Positions 46,741-55,486 of a stretch of DNA of 64,000 bases are shown here, one piece after another. The notes beneath the pieces are model-generated. The model was not told where the DNA came from, ran no database searches, and saw only the letters and a list, made by a program, of their open reading frames with translations. Location: positions 350,086 through 414,085 of the forward strand of contig JACPKU010000006.1 in the NCBI GenBank assembly GCA_016186915.1. The letters run 5' to 3'. Source of the DNA: Candidatus Doudnabacteria bacterium (lineage in GTDB: Bacteria; Patescibacteriota; Doudnabacteria; UBA920; O2-02-FULL-48-8). The stretch's first letter is position 1. Each line of letters opens with the position of its first letter. The position numbers and the translations under genes are program-made.

Positions 46741-47019
46741 AACCAGCCTTTCCTATCCTTAGTGTATCATCGCTATTGGTTGATTTCAAGCCGGGAAGTA
46801 GAGATTTTTTATATGTTTTGTTCACAAAAACATATAAATCGGCGAAGCCGAAAAAACTTTCACTTCCCGGCAAGTCAGAAATATGGTATATTTTGAGAGT
46901 TAGATGTGATTTGTCTCCGTGGTGAAACGGATATCACGACTGGCTTCCGCCTACGCTTCCTCCTTCGCTAAAGCTACGGAGGACAAGAAAGCTTCGGCGG
47001 ACAGGTCGGAACCGCTTAT

Positions 47020-47096
47020 GCGGCCGTAGCTCAACTGGATAGAGCATCGGTCTTCGGAACCGAGGGTTGAGGGTTCGAATCCTTCCGGCCGCGCCA
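47020..47096 (+). tRNA. tRNA-Arg (anticodon TCG), CCA encoded
   Basis: Manual cloverleaf: acceptor gcggccg/cggccgc, D-stem gctc/gagc, anticodon loop cttcgga, T-loop ttcgaat. Confidence 0.88.
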
Positions 47097-47194
47097 ATAA
47101 TATTTCGGGGTTCTGCGCCACAATAATTAAAGATTTGAGCGCATCCGCCGAAGTGTAAACGAAGGCGGAGAATCCCTCCGGGGACGCCAATTAA

Positions 47195-47491
47195 ATGCCA
47201 AAAAGATTTATAAGAATTAAAGAAGATTTTACCTGCGAAAACTGCGGATTCAAAGTTCGAGGAAGTGGTTACACTAACCATTGCCCGAAATGCTTGTGGA
47301 GCAAACATGTGGATATTAACCCGGGTGACCGATCTAACAAATGTGAAGGAATGATGGTGCCAGTAGGTTTGGAACAAAAACATAACACATACTATATTTT
47401 TCACCGATGCAATAAATGCAAACTTGAAAAGAAAAACAAAGCTGGCAAACAGGATGATTTTGACAAACTCCTAAACCTCGCGCGCTCATAG
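47195..47491 (+). CDS. RNHCP-domain zinc-ribbon protein (three CxxC pairs, TNHCP motif)
   Basis: CENCG...NHCPKC...HRCNKC. Confidence 0.6.
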   Translation: MPKRFIRIKEDFTCENCGFKVRGSGYTNHCPKCLWSKHVDINPGDRSNKCEGMMVPVGLEQKHNTYYIFHRCNKCKLEKKNKAGKQDDFDKLLNLARS

Positions 47492-47556
47492 CTCAACGGT
47501 AGAGCAGGGGCCTCTTAAGCCCAAGGTTGTAGGTTCGAGTCCTACTGGGCGCACCA
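47482..47556 (+). tRNA. tRNA-Lys (anticodon CTT), CCA encoded
   Basis: Manual cloverleaf: acceptor gcgctca/tgggcgc, D-stem gctc/gagc, anticodon loop ctcttaa, T-loop ttcgagt. Confidence 0.88.
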
Positions 47557-47558
47557 GA

Positions 47559-47594
47559 ATGTATATACGTACGTGTGTATATACATTTTTATGT
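47559..47594 (+). terminator. Hairpin atgtatatac...gtatatacat followed by TTTTTA
   Basis: 10-bp palindrome read directly after tRNA-Lys. Confidence 0.5.
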
Positions 47595-47601
47595 GCTCTA
47601 A

Positions 47602-48789
47602 TTGCCTAATATGAACTCTGACACCAAATCAAATATTTGGAAAATGTATATTATCCAGTCCCTGCGCTGGTTTATGCTGTCCATGCCAGTGTTTGTTTTA
47701 TTTTTGCAGGAAAACGGTCTTTCTCTCGCACAAATCCTTTTACTACAATCGATCTTCTCAATCGTTATTGTGGGTTTAGAAATCCCATCCGGATATTTTT
47801 CTGATAGATTCGGGCGCAAGCTCTCCATTATTATGGGAGTTACAATTGGCATGTTCGGCTATGTAACTTATTCTTTTTCTTTTGGATTTCCAGGTTTTTT
47901 GCTGGCGGAAATCTTGCTTGCGGTGGGAGCCAGTTTTGTTTCTGGGGCTGACTCAGCGCTAATTTATGACAGCTTGATAGAACTTGACAAATCTGATCAA
48001 TACGCAAAAATTGAAGGTAGAAAAATTTCTGCCCAGAGCACTTCAGAAGGCCTTGCCAGTATTATTGGGGGCTTTTTGGCATTGCTTAGTTTAAGAACAC
48101 CTTTCTATTTTCAAACTACCTTGTGGCTTTTGGCGATACCGTTTGCTTTAAGCCTAGCCGAACCAATTAAGCACAAAGCGATTATTGCCAAAGGGCACTT
48201 TAGGAATGTTTTAAAAATTGTAAAATTCGCCCTGCATGATCACAGTGAGGTCAAGTGGCTAATAATCTATTCTGGCACCGTGACAGCGTCAGGGTTAACT
48301 ATAGCCTGGTTTATCCAGCCCTATTTTCAACTAATTGGCCTGCCTTTGGCCTTGTTTGGCATAATATGGGCGGCCTTACAATTCTCTACTGCTGGGTTTG
48401 CACTTGTTGCCTACAAAATCGAATCGTGGGCTGGGCGTAGAAAATCTTTGATCTCGCTAATCTTGCTAACCGCGCTTGCCTACTTCATTGTCGCAACATA
48501 TGAAAGTCTTTGGGCAATAAGTATTTTCTTTGTTTTTTACTTTGTCAGGGGCTTCAAAGAACCAGTGGTTAAAGATTACATAAACAAACTCATTTCATCT
48601 GAAAACCGAGCCACCATACTTTCAATCAAAAGCATGATAGCCCGTGTGATATTTTCCGTAGTTGGTCCGATATTTGGCTGGGTAGGAGATATTTATTCCC
48701 TTTCAACCGCTCTATTTGTTGCTGGAATTACTTTTCTGATTCTCGGAGTCATTCCACTGATTTACTTGAAAAAATATAAAGTGTTATAA
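47602..48789 (+). CDS. MFS transporter (12 TM)
   Basis: 395-aa polytopic ORF with MFS-like GxxSDRxGRK loop (YFSDRFGRKL). Confidence 0.7.
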   Translation: MPNMNSDTKSNIWKMYIIQSLRWFMLSMPVFVLFLQENGLSLAQILLLQSIFSIVIVGLEIPSGYFSDRFGRKLSIIMGVTIGMFGYVTYSFSFGFPGFLLAEILLAVGASFVSGADSALIYDSLIELDKSDQYAKIEGRKISAQSTSEGLASIIGGFLALLSLRTPFYFQTTLWLLAIPFALSLAEPIKHKAIIAKGHFRNVLKIVKFALHDHSEVKWLIIYSGTVTASGLTIAWFIQPYFQLIGLPLALFGIIWAALQFSTAGFALVAYKIESWAGRRKSLISLILLTALAYFIVATYESLWAISIFFVFYFVRGFKEPVVKDYINKLISSENRATILSIKSMIARVIFSVVGPIFGWVGDIYSLSTALFVAGITFLILGVIPLIYLKKYKVL

Positions 48790-48816
48790 TTAAACTACAA
48801 TAATTAACACAAACAT

Positions 48817-49257
48817 ATGAGCCAATATCAAAAGGTCGTCATTCTACTGCTCAGATTGTCAACTGGTTGGTTAATATTTTATGCTGGTGTCACAAAAATC
48901 GCTGATCCAAATTGGTCAGCAGCGGGGTATTTAAATAATGCCAAAACTTTTAGTGGATTTTTTGAATGGCTGGCCAGCCCGGGGCTTTTACCAGTCACCA
49001 ACTTTGTCAATGAATGGGGGTTGACCTTGCTGGGCATTTCTTTGATACTCGGATTGGGAGTGAGGTTAAGTTCGGTGCTCGGAGGTGTCCTGATGCTTCT
49101 CTATTATTTTCCAGTCCTGGAATTTCCACTTATTCCACCCCACTCATACATCGTGGACGAACACATTATATATGCTTTTGCCCTATTGGTTCTTGGCGCT
49201 CTAAACGCCGGAAGAATATACGGGCTGGATAAAAAACTGCCCACCAAATTCAGTTAA
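48817..49257 (+). CDS. DoxX family membrane protein
   Basis: 146 aa, 4 TM, LRLSTGWLIFYAGVTK motif. Confidence 0.55.
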   Translation: MSQYQKVVILLLRLSTGWLIFYAGVTKIADPNWSAAGYLNNAKTFSGFFEWLASPGLLPVTNFVNEWGLTLLGISLILGLGVRLSSVLGGVLMLLYYFPVLEFPLIPPHSYIVDEHIIYAFALLVLGALNAGRIYGLDKKLPTKFS

Positions 49258-49525
49258 ACGGATTGAATCGGTTCAAAAATAATCTGGGGGGTGAATAGCT
49301 TTCCAACTCTTCAATCACCTCAATTGTTTTTTGGTATTCGCTTAAGTTCACTCTGACTATGTTGCTTTGCGGGATGGTTTCCGGCTCAGCAAAAAGCTTC
49401 AGGTAGAGGTTATAGTAAAGCAGATAACTCTCCAACAAAATAATCAAAACAAAGATTAAGCTTAAAAACAGACCAATTTTTAAACCTTTCAATTTTGGCA
49501 GGTTTATTTTTTTCATTTTATTCAT
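49250..49525 (-). CDS. Hypothetical pilus-assembly accessory protein (single TM; PilP-position)
   Basis: Last gene of pilM-N-O operon, start at MNKMKK. Confidence 0.35.
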   Translation of the reverse strand: MNKMKKINLPKLKGLKIGLFLSLIFVLIILLESYLLYYNLYLKLFAEPETIPQSNIVRVNLSEYQKTIEVIEELESYSPPRLFLNRFNPFN

Positions 49526-50117
49526 CTGCTCCATAGGTTTTGACGAAAAACACAGCATCAATAGTGCCCAAAACTTGGCCAGTACGGATTGAGCCGGCCT
49601 CACTGCTTTCAGTTTCCGCTGAAAGCGTAATTTCCGTCACTTCCGAAAACTGCGGCAAATGTTCCAGATATCGCAAAAAATTCACGGTTCCCACGTAATC
49701 ATTTTTTAAAGATAATTGGTAAGGAATTTCTTCGATTAATTTTTTACCCACAATTACCGCTGGCCGTTTTTCTCCCTTTGTTGGATTTTCCACGTCATCT
49801 GTGATCGTCTTGCTCTCTTGAGTATTAGTCAGCTGAGCAGACCGCTCGACTCCTTGAATCGCTGTCACTAAATCCTCTCTGGTCACAAACGAGTCGGAAA
49901 TTTTCTGCCGCTGGTCGGCTTTGGACAAGTCTGCCTCCGCGGTTTGATAGGCCCGAATCTGCTGTTCCAACGTCACCAGCTCAGTTTTTTTGCTTTTCGA
50001 TTCTTCGTGCAGGCTCGCAACCTTAGAAAGCGCAGGGCTGACCAACAGCAAAAAAATCAAACCGGTTATGACTAAACCAAAAATTCCAGTAGCAATTAGT
50101 TTGGTTAAAGGCTTCAT
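49518..50117 (-). CDS. pilO: Type IV pilus assembly protein PilO-like
   Basis: N-terminal TM then coiled coil; ATGA overlap with pilN. Confidence 0.6.
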   Translation of the reverse strand: MKPLTKLIATGIFGLVITGLIFLLLVSPALSKVASLHEESKSKKTELVTLEQQIRAYQTAEADLSKADQRQKISDSFVTREDLVTAIQGVERSAQLTNTQESKTITDDVENPTKGEKRPAVIVGKKLIEEIPYQLSLKNDYVGTVNFLRYLEHLPQFSEVTEITLSAETESSEAGSIRTGQVLGTIDAVFFVKTYGADE

Positions 50118-50671
50118 TCTTGTTTGATTAGTTCTTGGTTGATAAAAAAAGTATAGTTGAAATTCACGTCTTGCGCGCTTTCCAGATTGGCCAGCGGGAA
50201 GTTGATGTCCTGAAAATAATCCGATCTCTTGACATTGGCCCAAAATTCCAGCACCGCACTGCGCTGCTTGCTCACTCCCATAATCTGGACTTCCCCAGTC
50301 TCCCGATCCATCGTCAATAAACTCACTGACATTGCTTGAGGAATAATATTCCCGAGTTCAATTAATGCATTAGACCAAAAATAATGCTCGCTTTGGATAA
50401 TATCAAAATTCTTAAGCTCGTTATTAAGCGTGACTACCTGTTTTTCCAACTCTTGGGTATTAGAGCTTTGTAAGGAGTCACTTAAGTTGCCGATTTGATC
50501 ATCCGTGTCTTTAATTTCGTTGCTGATGACAATCTGACTGACAAAAGCCAAGACAAACAAGACAATCAAACTTATGCTTACCCAAACCCAAAATTTTCGA
50601 AGGTTTAGGCTGATCAGTTCGAAGCGAGTCTGCTTAATTTGGCTCGGCGGCAACAGGTTAATCAGTCTCAT
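50114..50671 (-). CDS. pilN: Type IV pilus assembly protein PilN-like
   Basis: MRLINLLPPSQIKQTR N-terminus and single TM. Confidence 0.65.
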   Translation of the reverse strand: MRLINLLPPSQIKQTRFELISLNLRKFWVWVSISLIVLFVLAFVSQIVISNEIKDTDDQIGNLSDSLQSSNTQELEKQVVTLNNELKNFDIIQSEHYFWSNALIELGNIIPQAMSVSLLTMDRETGEVQIMGVSKQRSAVLEFWANVKRSDYFQDINFPLANLESAQDVNFNYTFFINQELIKQE

Positions 50672-51743
50672 AATTCACTCCCCTTATGGCCAACCCGGCC
50701 ACAGTAGAATATTCCAAGGCTTCTTCCTTGCTAAACGGCAATTGGTGATCAGTTGTTTGGATCACGTTAATCCAGGGGTTCCCCAAAACAACCTTGCCCA
50801 AAGGGCGGTCCGCTCCCAAGTTTAATCTGGCTGAAATATAATCGGCGATCCCCATGAGCTTGGCGCTCCCTCCGGAAAGATATATTTTATCTATCCGGCT
50901 TTTGGGATTGGCGTGTTCTTCGTGAAAACGGACTACGTTGCGGATCTCATCAACGATGTTATCGAGCATCGGTAAAATCGCACGCTTAATATTGCCGCGC
51001 TTGGACTCTTCCACCAACCCCAGCTCCTGTTTAATTTTTTCCGCTTCAGATGCCGGCACTCCCAAATTTCGGGCAATACTCTCTGTAAATGCCCTGCCGG
51101 CAACAGGGATACTGCTGGTGTATTCCAAAGCTGAATTATTCACCACGATAAAGCTGGTTTGCAGGGTGGCCATGTCCAAAATCAATATTGCCCGATCAGC
51201 GTCTTCACTGCCAACCACAGCTCTGGCTGTGGCCTGCGACTCCAACTCGAAAGCAACGGGCTTAAGCTTGGCCAATTCGAGTGTTTCCGCCAGTGAATCA
51301 ACATAGTCTTTGGGAGCGGCGGTTACCAACAATTCCAACCGGTCATCAACCTCTTTGATTATCTGCCAGTCCAGATAGACTTGATCAATTGGAACGGGAA
51401 TGTTCTGTTCTAGTTCCCAAGGCAGGGCATTGACTATTTCGCTTTCCGGCATCCGCGGGATATATATCACGCGCACGAAAGACTTCATTTCCGGCACTGA
51501 CGCCACGACGTACTTAGTATTAACGTTTCGGGCTTCCTCAATCGCCCGATTGATGCTGTCCGCCAGGCGCTGTTCACTAATAATCATGTGGTTGTTAAAT
51601 AACTTCCCGCTGAGTGGATAATTCGAATAAGCCCTAAGGTTGAGGCTGGACTTAACTTTTTCCAACTGCATAACCTTGATGGATACGTCAGAAACATCCA
51701 AACCGAAAGCATTGATTTTTTGGTTTCCGAATAAACTAAACAT
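50658..51743 (-). CDS. pilM: Type IV pilus assembly protein PilM (actin-like ATPase fold)
   Basis: GLDVSDVSIKVMQLE start and FtsA/PilM-like organisation. Confidence 0.8.
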   Translation of the reverse strand: MFSLFGNQKINAFGLDVSDVSIKVMQLEKVKSSLNLRAYSNYPLSGKLFNNHMIISEQRLADSINRAIEEARNVNTKYVVASVPEMKSFVRVIYIPRMPESEIVNALPWELEQNIPVPIDQVYLDWQIIKEVDDRLELLVTAAPKDYVDSLAETLELAKLKPVAFELESQATARAVVGSEDADRAILILDMATLQTSFIVVNNSALEYTSSIPVAGRAFTESIARNLGVPASEAEKIKQELGLVEESKRGNIKRAILPMLDNIVDEIRNVVRFHEEHANPKSRIDKIYLSGGSAKLMGIADYISARLNLGADRPLGKVVLGNPWINVIQTTDHQLPFSKEEALEYSTVAGLAIRGVNYETD

Positions 51744-51761
51744 TGGCTTTATTATATCAGC

Positions 51762-53120
51762 TTATTGAATTAACTGCCATGTTTGATCTAATATTTCCCA
51801 CCCTCCGGCTGGCCCAGAACTAAAATTGGCGCTGGCCAGACCGGTTTCGTAAGTGACCACGGCAGAATTATTTATATCTAATTGATAAGCCACCACTTCT
51901 TTTAGGTTGGCGCTGTTGGTTATCTCTATTTCTCCAAACGGAGCATAGAGAATCGAGACTTGGGCGCTGTTAGTCAATTTAATTGCTGTTTCATCGACTC
52001 TTTGCGATACCAGCATTAAATAACTTCCTGCTGTCCCGGAACCAAGAATCTGAGCGCTATTTTTGATATCAATAAATCCTTGGCTTGTGGACTCTTCAAT
52101 ACCAGCTAAAATAATACCGCTAGTCGAGCCGAAGCTCGGTGCTAACTGTACTATGGCGCTATTTGAAAAAGTCACTTTCCCTGTTACCCAGATGGTGCCG
52201 GTAACAGTCAGCCGTCCAAAATTTATTACTTCCAAATCGCCGTTGATTTTAATTGGCCCCAGAGAAACAGTTCCGTTAATAACTTGGCTGCCAATCACTC
52301 CGCCAGCCGTGGCTTCTGCCTCCCAAACATTGATTTGGTCATCAGTAATGGGCAGGCCAATCGCTTCAGGATCGATGAAATCATCCGGGTTAGGGGTGGT
52401 TTGGCTGCCCCCGATAGTGCAGCTTGCTTTCGTGTCAAAAGTGGCGTTGCCGCCAACCGTGCAGTTGGAAATGGTGGTGGCCACGACATTCCCGCCAACC
52501 GTGCTTCTCAAAAGACCAAAGCTGTTGGTGCTGCCCCCGACGCTGGAGTCTTCAAGAAAATGAGACATGGCGTTCTCATCCACCTCCATGCCGTCAATTT
52601 TTCCGCTACTGCCCGCCGCAATCGCGGTACCGGAAATCCTGGCGGAATTGCTCCCAATAATATTGCCGTTACTATAAACATTGCCGATCACGCGCGCGCT
52701 GTTCGTCATTTCTAACCCGCCTTGTCCCACCTGCACGCCATAGTTGAAACTTATGTTAGTCGTCCCTGTGGCCGCGGTTACCTGCACCACTCTTTTCGCT
52801 CTGGGATTGGCAGCGCTGGGAACAAACGCCTCCGCCCGGATGAGTTTGTTGCCGCCGGCAAGATCAGTAATCGTGACATTGTATTCCCCGGCTTGAAAGG
52901 AAGTGCCGTTCTCTCCGGTATAACCGGGTTGATTATTTAATTTCCAAATCGCTGTTTCGACAGCGGCTTCCGCAATGCTCAATCCCTGCACGCGGCCCAA
53001 GGCTTGGCGGTGCGACCGAATCTCTACCGTGGCATAGCCAACCAAGGCCACCACCAAAGTGATTACAATGGCCATAAACACCAGCGTGATAATGATAATT
53101 TGGCCTCTTTGTGAGTTCAT
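51762..53120 (-). CDS. Pilus-associated hypothetical protein (N-terminal TM/PilX-like segment, Gly/Ser/Thr-rich beta-helix-like repeats)
   Basis: 452 aa, position between pseudopilins and pilM. Confidence 0.45.
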   Translation of the reverse strand: MNSQRGQIIIITLVFMAIVITLVVALVGYATVEIRSHRQALGRVQGLSIAEAAVETAIWKLNNQPGYTGENGTSFQAGEYNVTITDLAGGNKLIRAEAFVPSAANPRAKRVVQVTAATGTTNISFNYGVQVGQGGLEMTNSARVIGNVYSNGNIIGSNSARISGTAIAAGSSGKIDGMEVDENAMSHFLEDSSVGGSTNSFGLLRSTVGGNVVATTISNCTVGGNATFDTKASCTIGGSQTTPNPDDFIDPEAIGLPITDDQINVWEAEATAGGVIGSQVINGTVSLGPIKINGDLEVINFGRLTVTGTIWVTGKVTFSNSAIVQLAPSFGSTSGIILAGIEESTSQGFIDIKNSAQILGSGTAGSYLMLVSQRVDETAIKLTNSAQVSILYAPFGEIEITNSANLKEVVAYQLDINNSAVVTYETGLASANFSSGPAGGWEILDQTWQLIQ

Positions 53121-53695
53121 TTATTTCTTATTCTTGATTTCGAAGAAAGAGTGAGGCTTTTGGTCTGTAATCCAAGGTCTTCAGAAATGGTCAAATCAGT
53201 GGCAACTTCGGTAACCAAATCGTAATCAGGGCTGTCCAACGTAAATGCCAAGTCCCCAACGTTTTCCGCCAGCTTCTTAGTTCCCGGGCTTCTGGCGCTC
53301 AAAGCATCTGGCAAGGTCTCTCGATATAGATTCGCGTTGTTCAAATAGTAAACTACGTAGTCGTTGCTTGATGGAATTAGCTGGTCTTGGGCGTTGACTG
53401 ACTGAATTTCTAAAACCAACACCTGTGCGCCTGCAGTAAAGGTACTATAACTTGCCACTGCTCTGGTGGCGGAACGGGTCGCGGCATCTATATCGTCCAG
53501 TGACGCTCTCGCGGAGCTGTTAAGTTTCAGTTCGGAAGTTTGAGTCCTATAAAGTCTGTTTTGTCCGATAAATAAATTAACGATCACAATGCTCAATATA
53601 GCGAATAAAGCAACGACAATAATCATTTCTATCAAAGTAAACCCCCTGGAAGAATGTGGAATGTGGAATGTGGAATGTGGAGTTGGGTTTGCCAT
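53117..53695 (-). CDS. Prepilin-type N-terminal cleavage/methylation domain pseudopilin with unusually long repeat-encoded leader (MANPTPHSTFHIPHSSRG/FTLIEMI)
   Basis: GFTLIEMIIVVALFAIL class III signal; leader encoded by CACATTC x4. Confidence 0.7.
   Translation of the reverse strand: MANPTPHSTFHIPHSSRGFTLIEMIIVVALFAILSIVIVNLFIGQNRLYRTQTSELKLNSSARASLDDIDAATRSATRAVASYSTFTAGAQVLVLEIQSVNAQDQLIPSSNDYVVYYLNNANLYRETLPDALSARSPGTKKLAENVGDLAFTLDSPDYDLVTEVATDLTISEDLGLQTKSLTLSSKSRIRNK
53652..53679. repeat. Four perfect tandem heptamers GAATGTG (+ strand) inside pseudopilin leader coding sequence
   Basis: Direct reading. Confidence 0.9.
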
Positions 53696-53723
53696 ATTCT
53701 ATATTCTAAATTCTATATTCTGA
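53696..53723. repeat. Four tandem heptamers ATTCTAT/ATTCTAA/ATTCTAT/ATTCTGA occupying the RBS region between pseudopilin genes
   Basis: Direct reading; immediately abuts start codon at 53695. Confidence 0.9.
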
Positions 53724-53727
53724 CTTC

Positions 53728-54120
53728 TCATGGATTTATTCCTCCTGCTCCTGCTAAAGTTTCGAGTTCTAGCTGTTTCGCTATCCCATCATTCCAAGTC
53801 ACGGTAACACTAATCTCTTTCAGCCCGGTAAAACTTCCTGAATCAACAACTGTAAAACTGCCCGCCCCTTGGGGAATCTGTGCTAACAATGCATCTGTGA
53901 TGGTGCCCGAGGGCGGCAATGACTCTACTGGTATTGATCGCAGCTCCTCTACCTGCGTGCTGGCCACATGATAAGCCAGATTCTCGAATCTTAATTTTTT
54001 CGTTATGGCCACGACATTAAGCGCCGCCACATACAAAATCAAAAGCACGGCCAACATGCCTAGACTTATAAGTACTTCTATCAGGCTGATGCCTTTTTGG
54101 GAATGTGATATGTGTTCCAT
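53728..54120 (-). CDS. Prepilin-type pseudopilin/minor pilin
   Basis: N-terminal GISLIEVLISLGMLAVL. Confidence 0.7.
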   Translation of the reverse strand: MEHISHSQKGISLIEVLISLGMLAVLLILYVAALNVVAITKKLRFENLAYHVASTQVEELRSIPVESLPPSGTITDALLAQIPQGAGSFTVVDSGSFTGLKEISVTVTWNDGIAKQLELETLAGAGGINP

Positions 54121-54122
54121 GA

Positions 54123-55337
54123 CTATCCTATGGTTTGCGTAATATTATAAATCGGAGTAATCAGGGCGATTGCTAAAAATCCAACCACGGATCCAATAAT
54201 CACCATCAGCACCGGCTCCAAAATTGAAGACATATTCTTCATAGTTTGGTCAATCTCAGTCTCATAAAAATCCGCCACCTCCGTAAGCACCGCTTCCGTG
54301 GTTCCCGACTCCTCTCCCACTTCCATCATTTGAATTACCAAGTTGGAAAACAACTTCGGCTGCTTTTTAAAGGCGCTGGATAGCGGAGAGCCGATTTTCA
54401 CCTTGGAAGAAGCATCAGAAATTGTTCGTTGATAGTAAACGTTATTTACCACATGGGCAGAGACTGACAACGCCTCCACAATTGGCATGCCGCTTTTAAC
54501 CAATGAAGCCAGCACTCGGACAAATCTGGCCTGATTGATTTTTATAACGAGACCGGAAACAACAGGAACATAAAAAACTAGTTTATGCAGCACGGTTTTC
54601 CCGGATTCAGTTTTTCTCCAAAAAACGAAGGCAATAATCAAGCCAACCAGCAAGGCCAAAATCAACAGTCCATAATGAGCAAATACATCCACTACTCCAA
54701 TTACTATCCTGGTCATAAAAGGCAGTTCCACGCCTAAATCCACAAATGTTTGAGTGAGTTTCGGCAACACAAACGTAAACATCAAAAAACCGACAATCAC
54801 CAAAGCTCCCAAAACAACCAAGGGGTAAGTCAGCGCCCCTTTGGCCTTGGCAATCAGGTCATAGTCGCGCTGTAACTGGTCGGCAAGATAGAATAAATTT
54901 TTTTCCAGATTTCCCGACACTTCTCCGACATGCACCATGCTGACAAAAATCGGAGAAAAAACTTTTGGAAAACGTGCCAGCGAGTCAGCCAGAGAAGTCC
55001 CGCTTTCCACCCCTCGGGCCACCTCCGCAATAATTTTGGCAAACTTCGGATTAGGCGTCTGGGCTGTTAGAATTTTTAAACTCCGAGACACTGGTAGCCC
55101 TGCTCGAATCATCACTCCAAGATTCTTGATAAAAGTAATTTTGTCCAACAGCTTGATTCGGGCAAACCACTCATTCACCGCAGAAAAATTGATGGATTTT
55201 TTCACCAATTTAATGGAAGTCGGCAGCATTCCTTGACTGCGCAGCCGATCCACCACCGCTCGCTCGTTGAAAGCCTCAATAATGTTTTCCTCCACCATCC
55301 CGGCTTTGTTTCTGGCAATGTAAGAATATTCTGGCAT
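54123..55337 (-). CDS. pilC: Type IV pilus platform protein PilC (GspF family)
   Basis: Two GspF repeats, 404 aa. Confidence 0.88.
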   Translation of the reverse strand: MPEYSYIARNKAGMVEENIIEAFNERAVVDRLRSQGMLPTSIKLVKKSINFSAVNEWFARIKLLDKITFIKNLGVMIRAGLPVSRSLKILTAQTPNPKFAKIIAEVARGVESGTSLADSLARFPKVFSPIFVSMVHVGEVSGNLEKNLFYLADQLQRDYDLIAKAKGALTYPLVVLGALVIVGFLMFTFVLPKLTQTFVDLGVELPFMTRIVIGVVDVFAHYGLLILALLVGLIIAFVFWRKTESGKTVLHKLVFYVPVVSGLVIKINQARFVRVLASLVKSGMPIVEALSVSAHVVNNVYYQRTISDASSKVKIGSPLSSAFKKQPKLFSNLVIQMMEVGEESGTTEAVLTEVADFYETEIDQTMKNMSSILEPVLMVIIGSVVGFLAIALITPIYNITQTIG

Positions 55338-55420
55338 ATTAGTGTAAGCTCCAAATCACAAGCATCAAATAACAAACAGGTTCCAAGCACCAAAATCTAA
55401 GTTCCGGACTTTGGAGTTTG

Positions 55421-55486
55421 AAATTTGTGATTTGATATTTATTTGGGATTTGTTATTTGTCATTTGGGATTTGAATAGAATCAATT
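55421..55486. repeat. Degenerate NNATTTG heptamer array plus 9-bp inverted repeat GAATAGAAT-c-ATTCTATTC in pilB-pilC intergenic region
   Basis: Direct reading. Confidence 0.6.

Noticed and set aside
53640-53725. CRISPR array
   Set aside because: The units are 7 nt and contiguous with no spacers. The same is true for 38715-38742 and 55421-55470. No cas genes are present.
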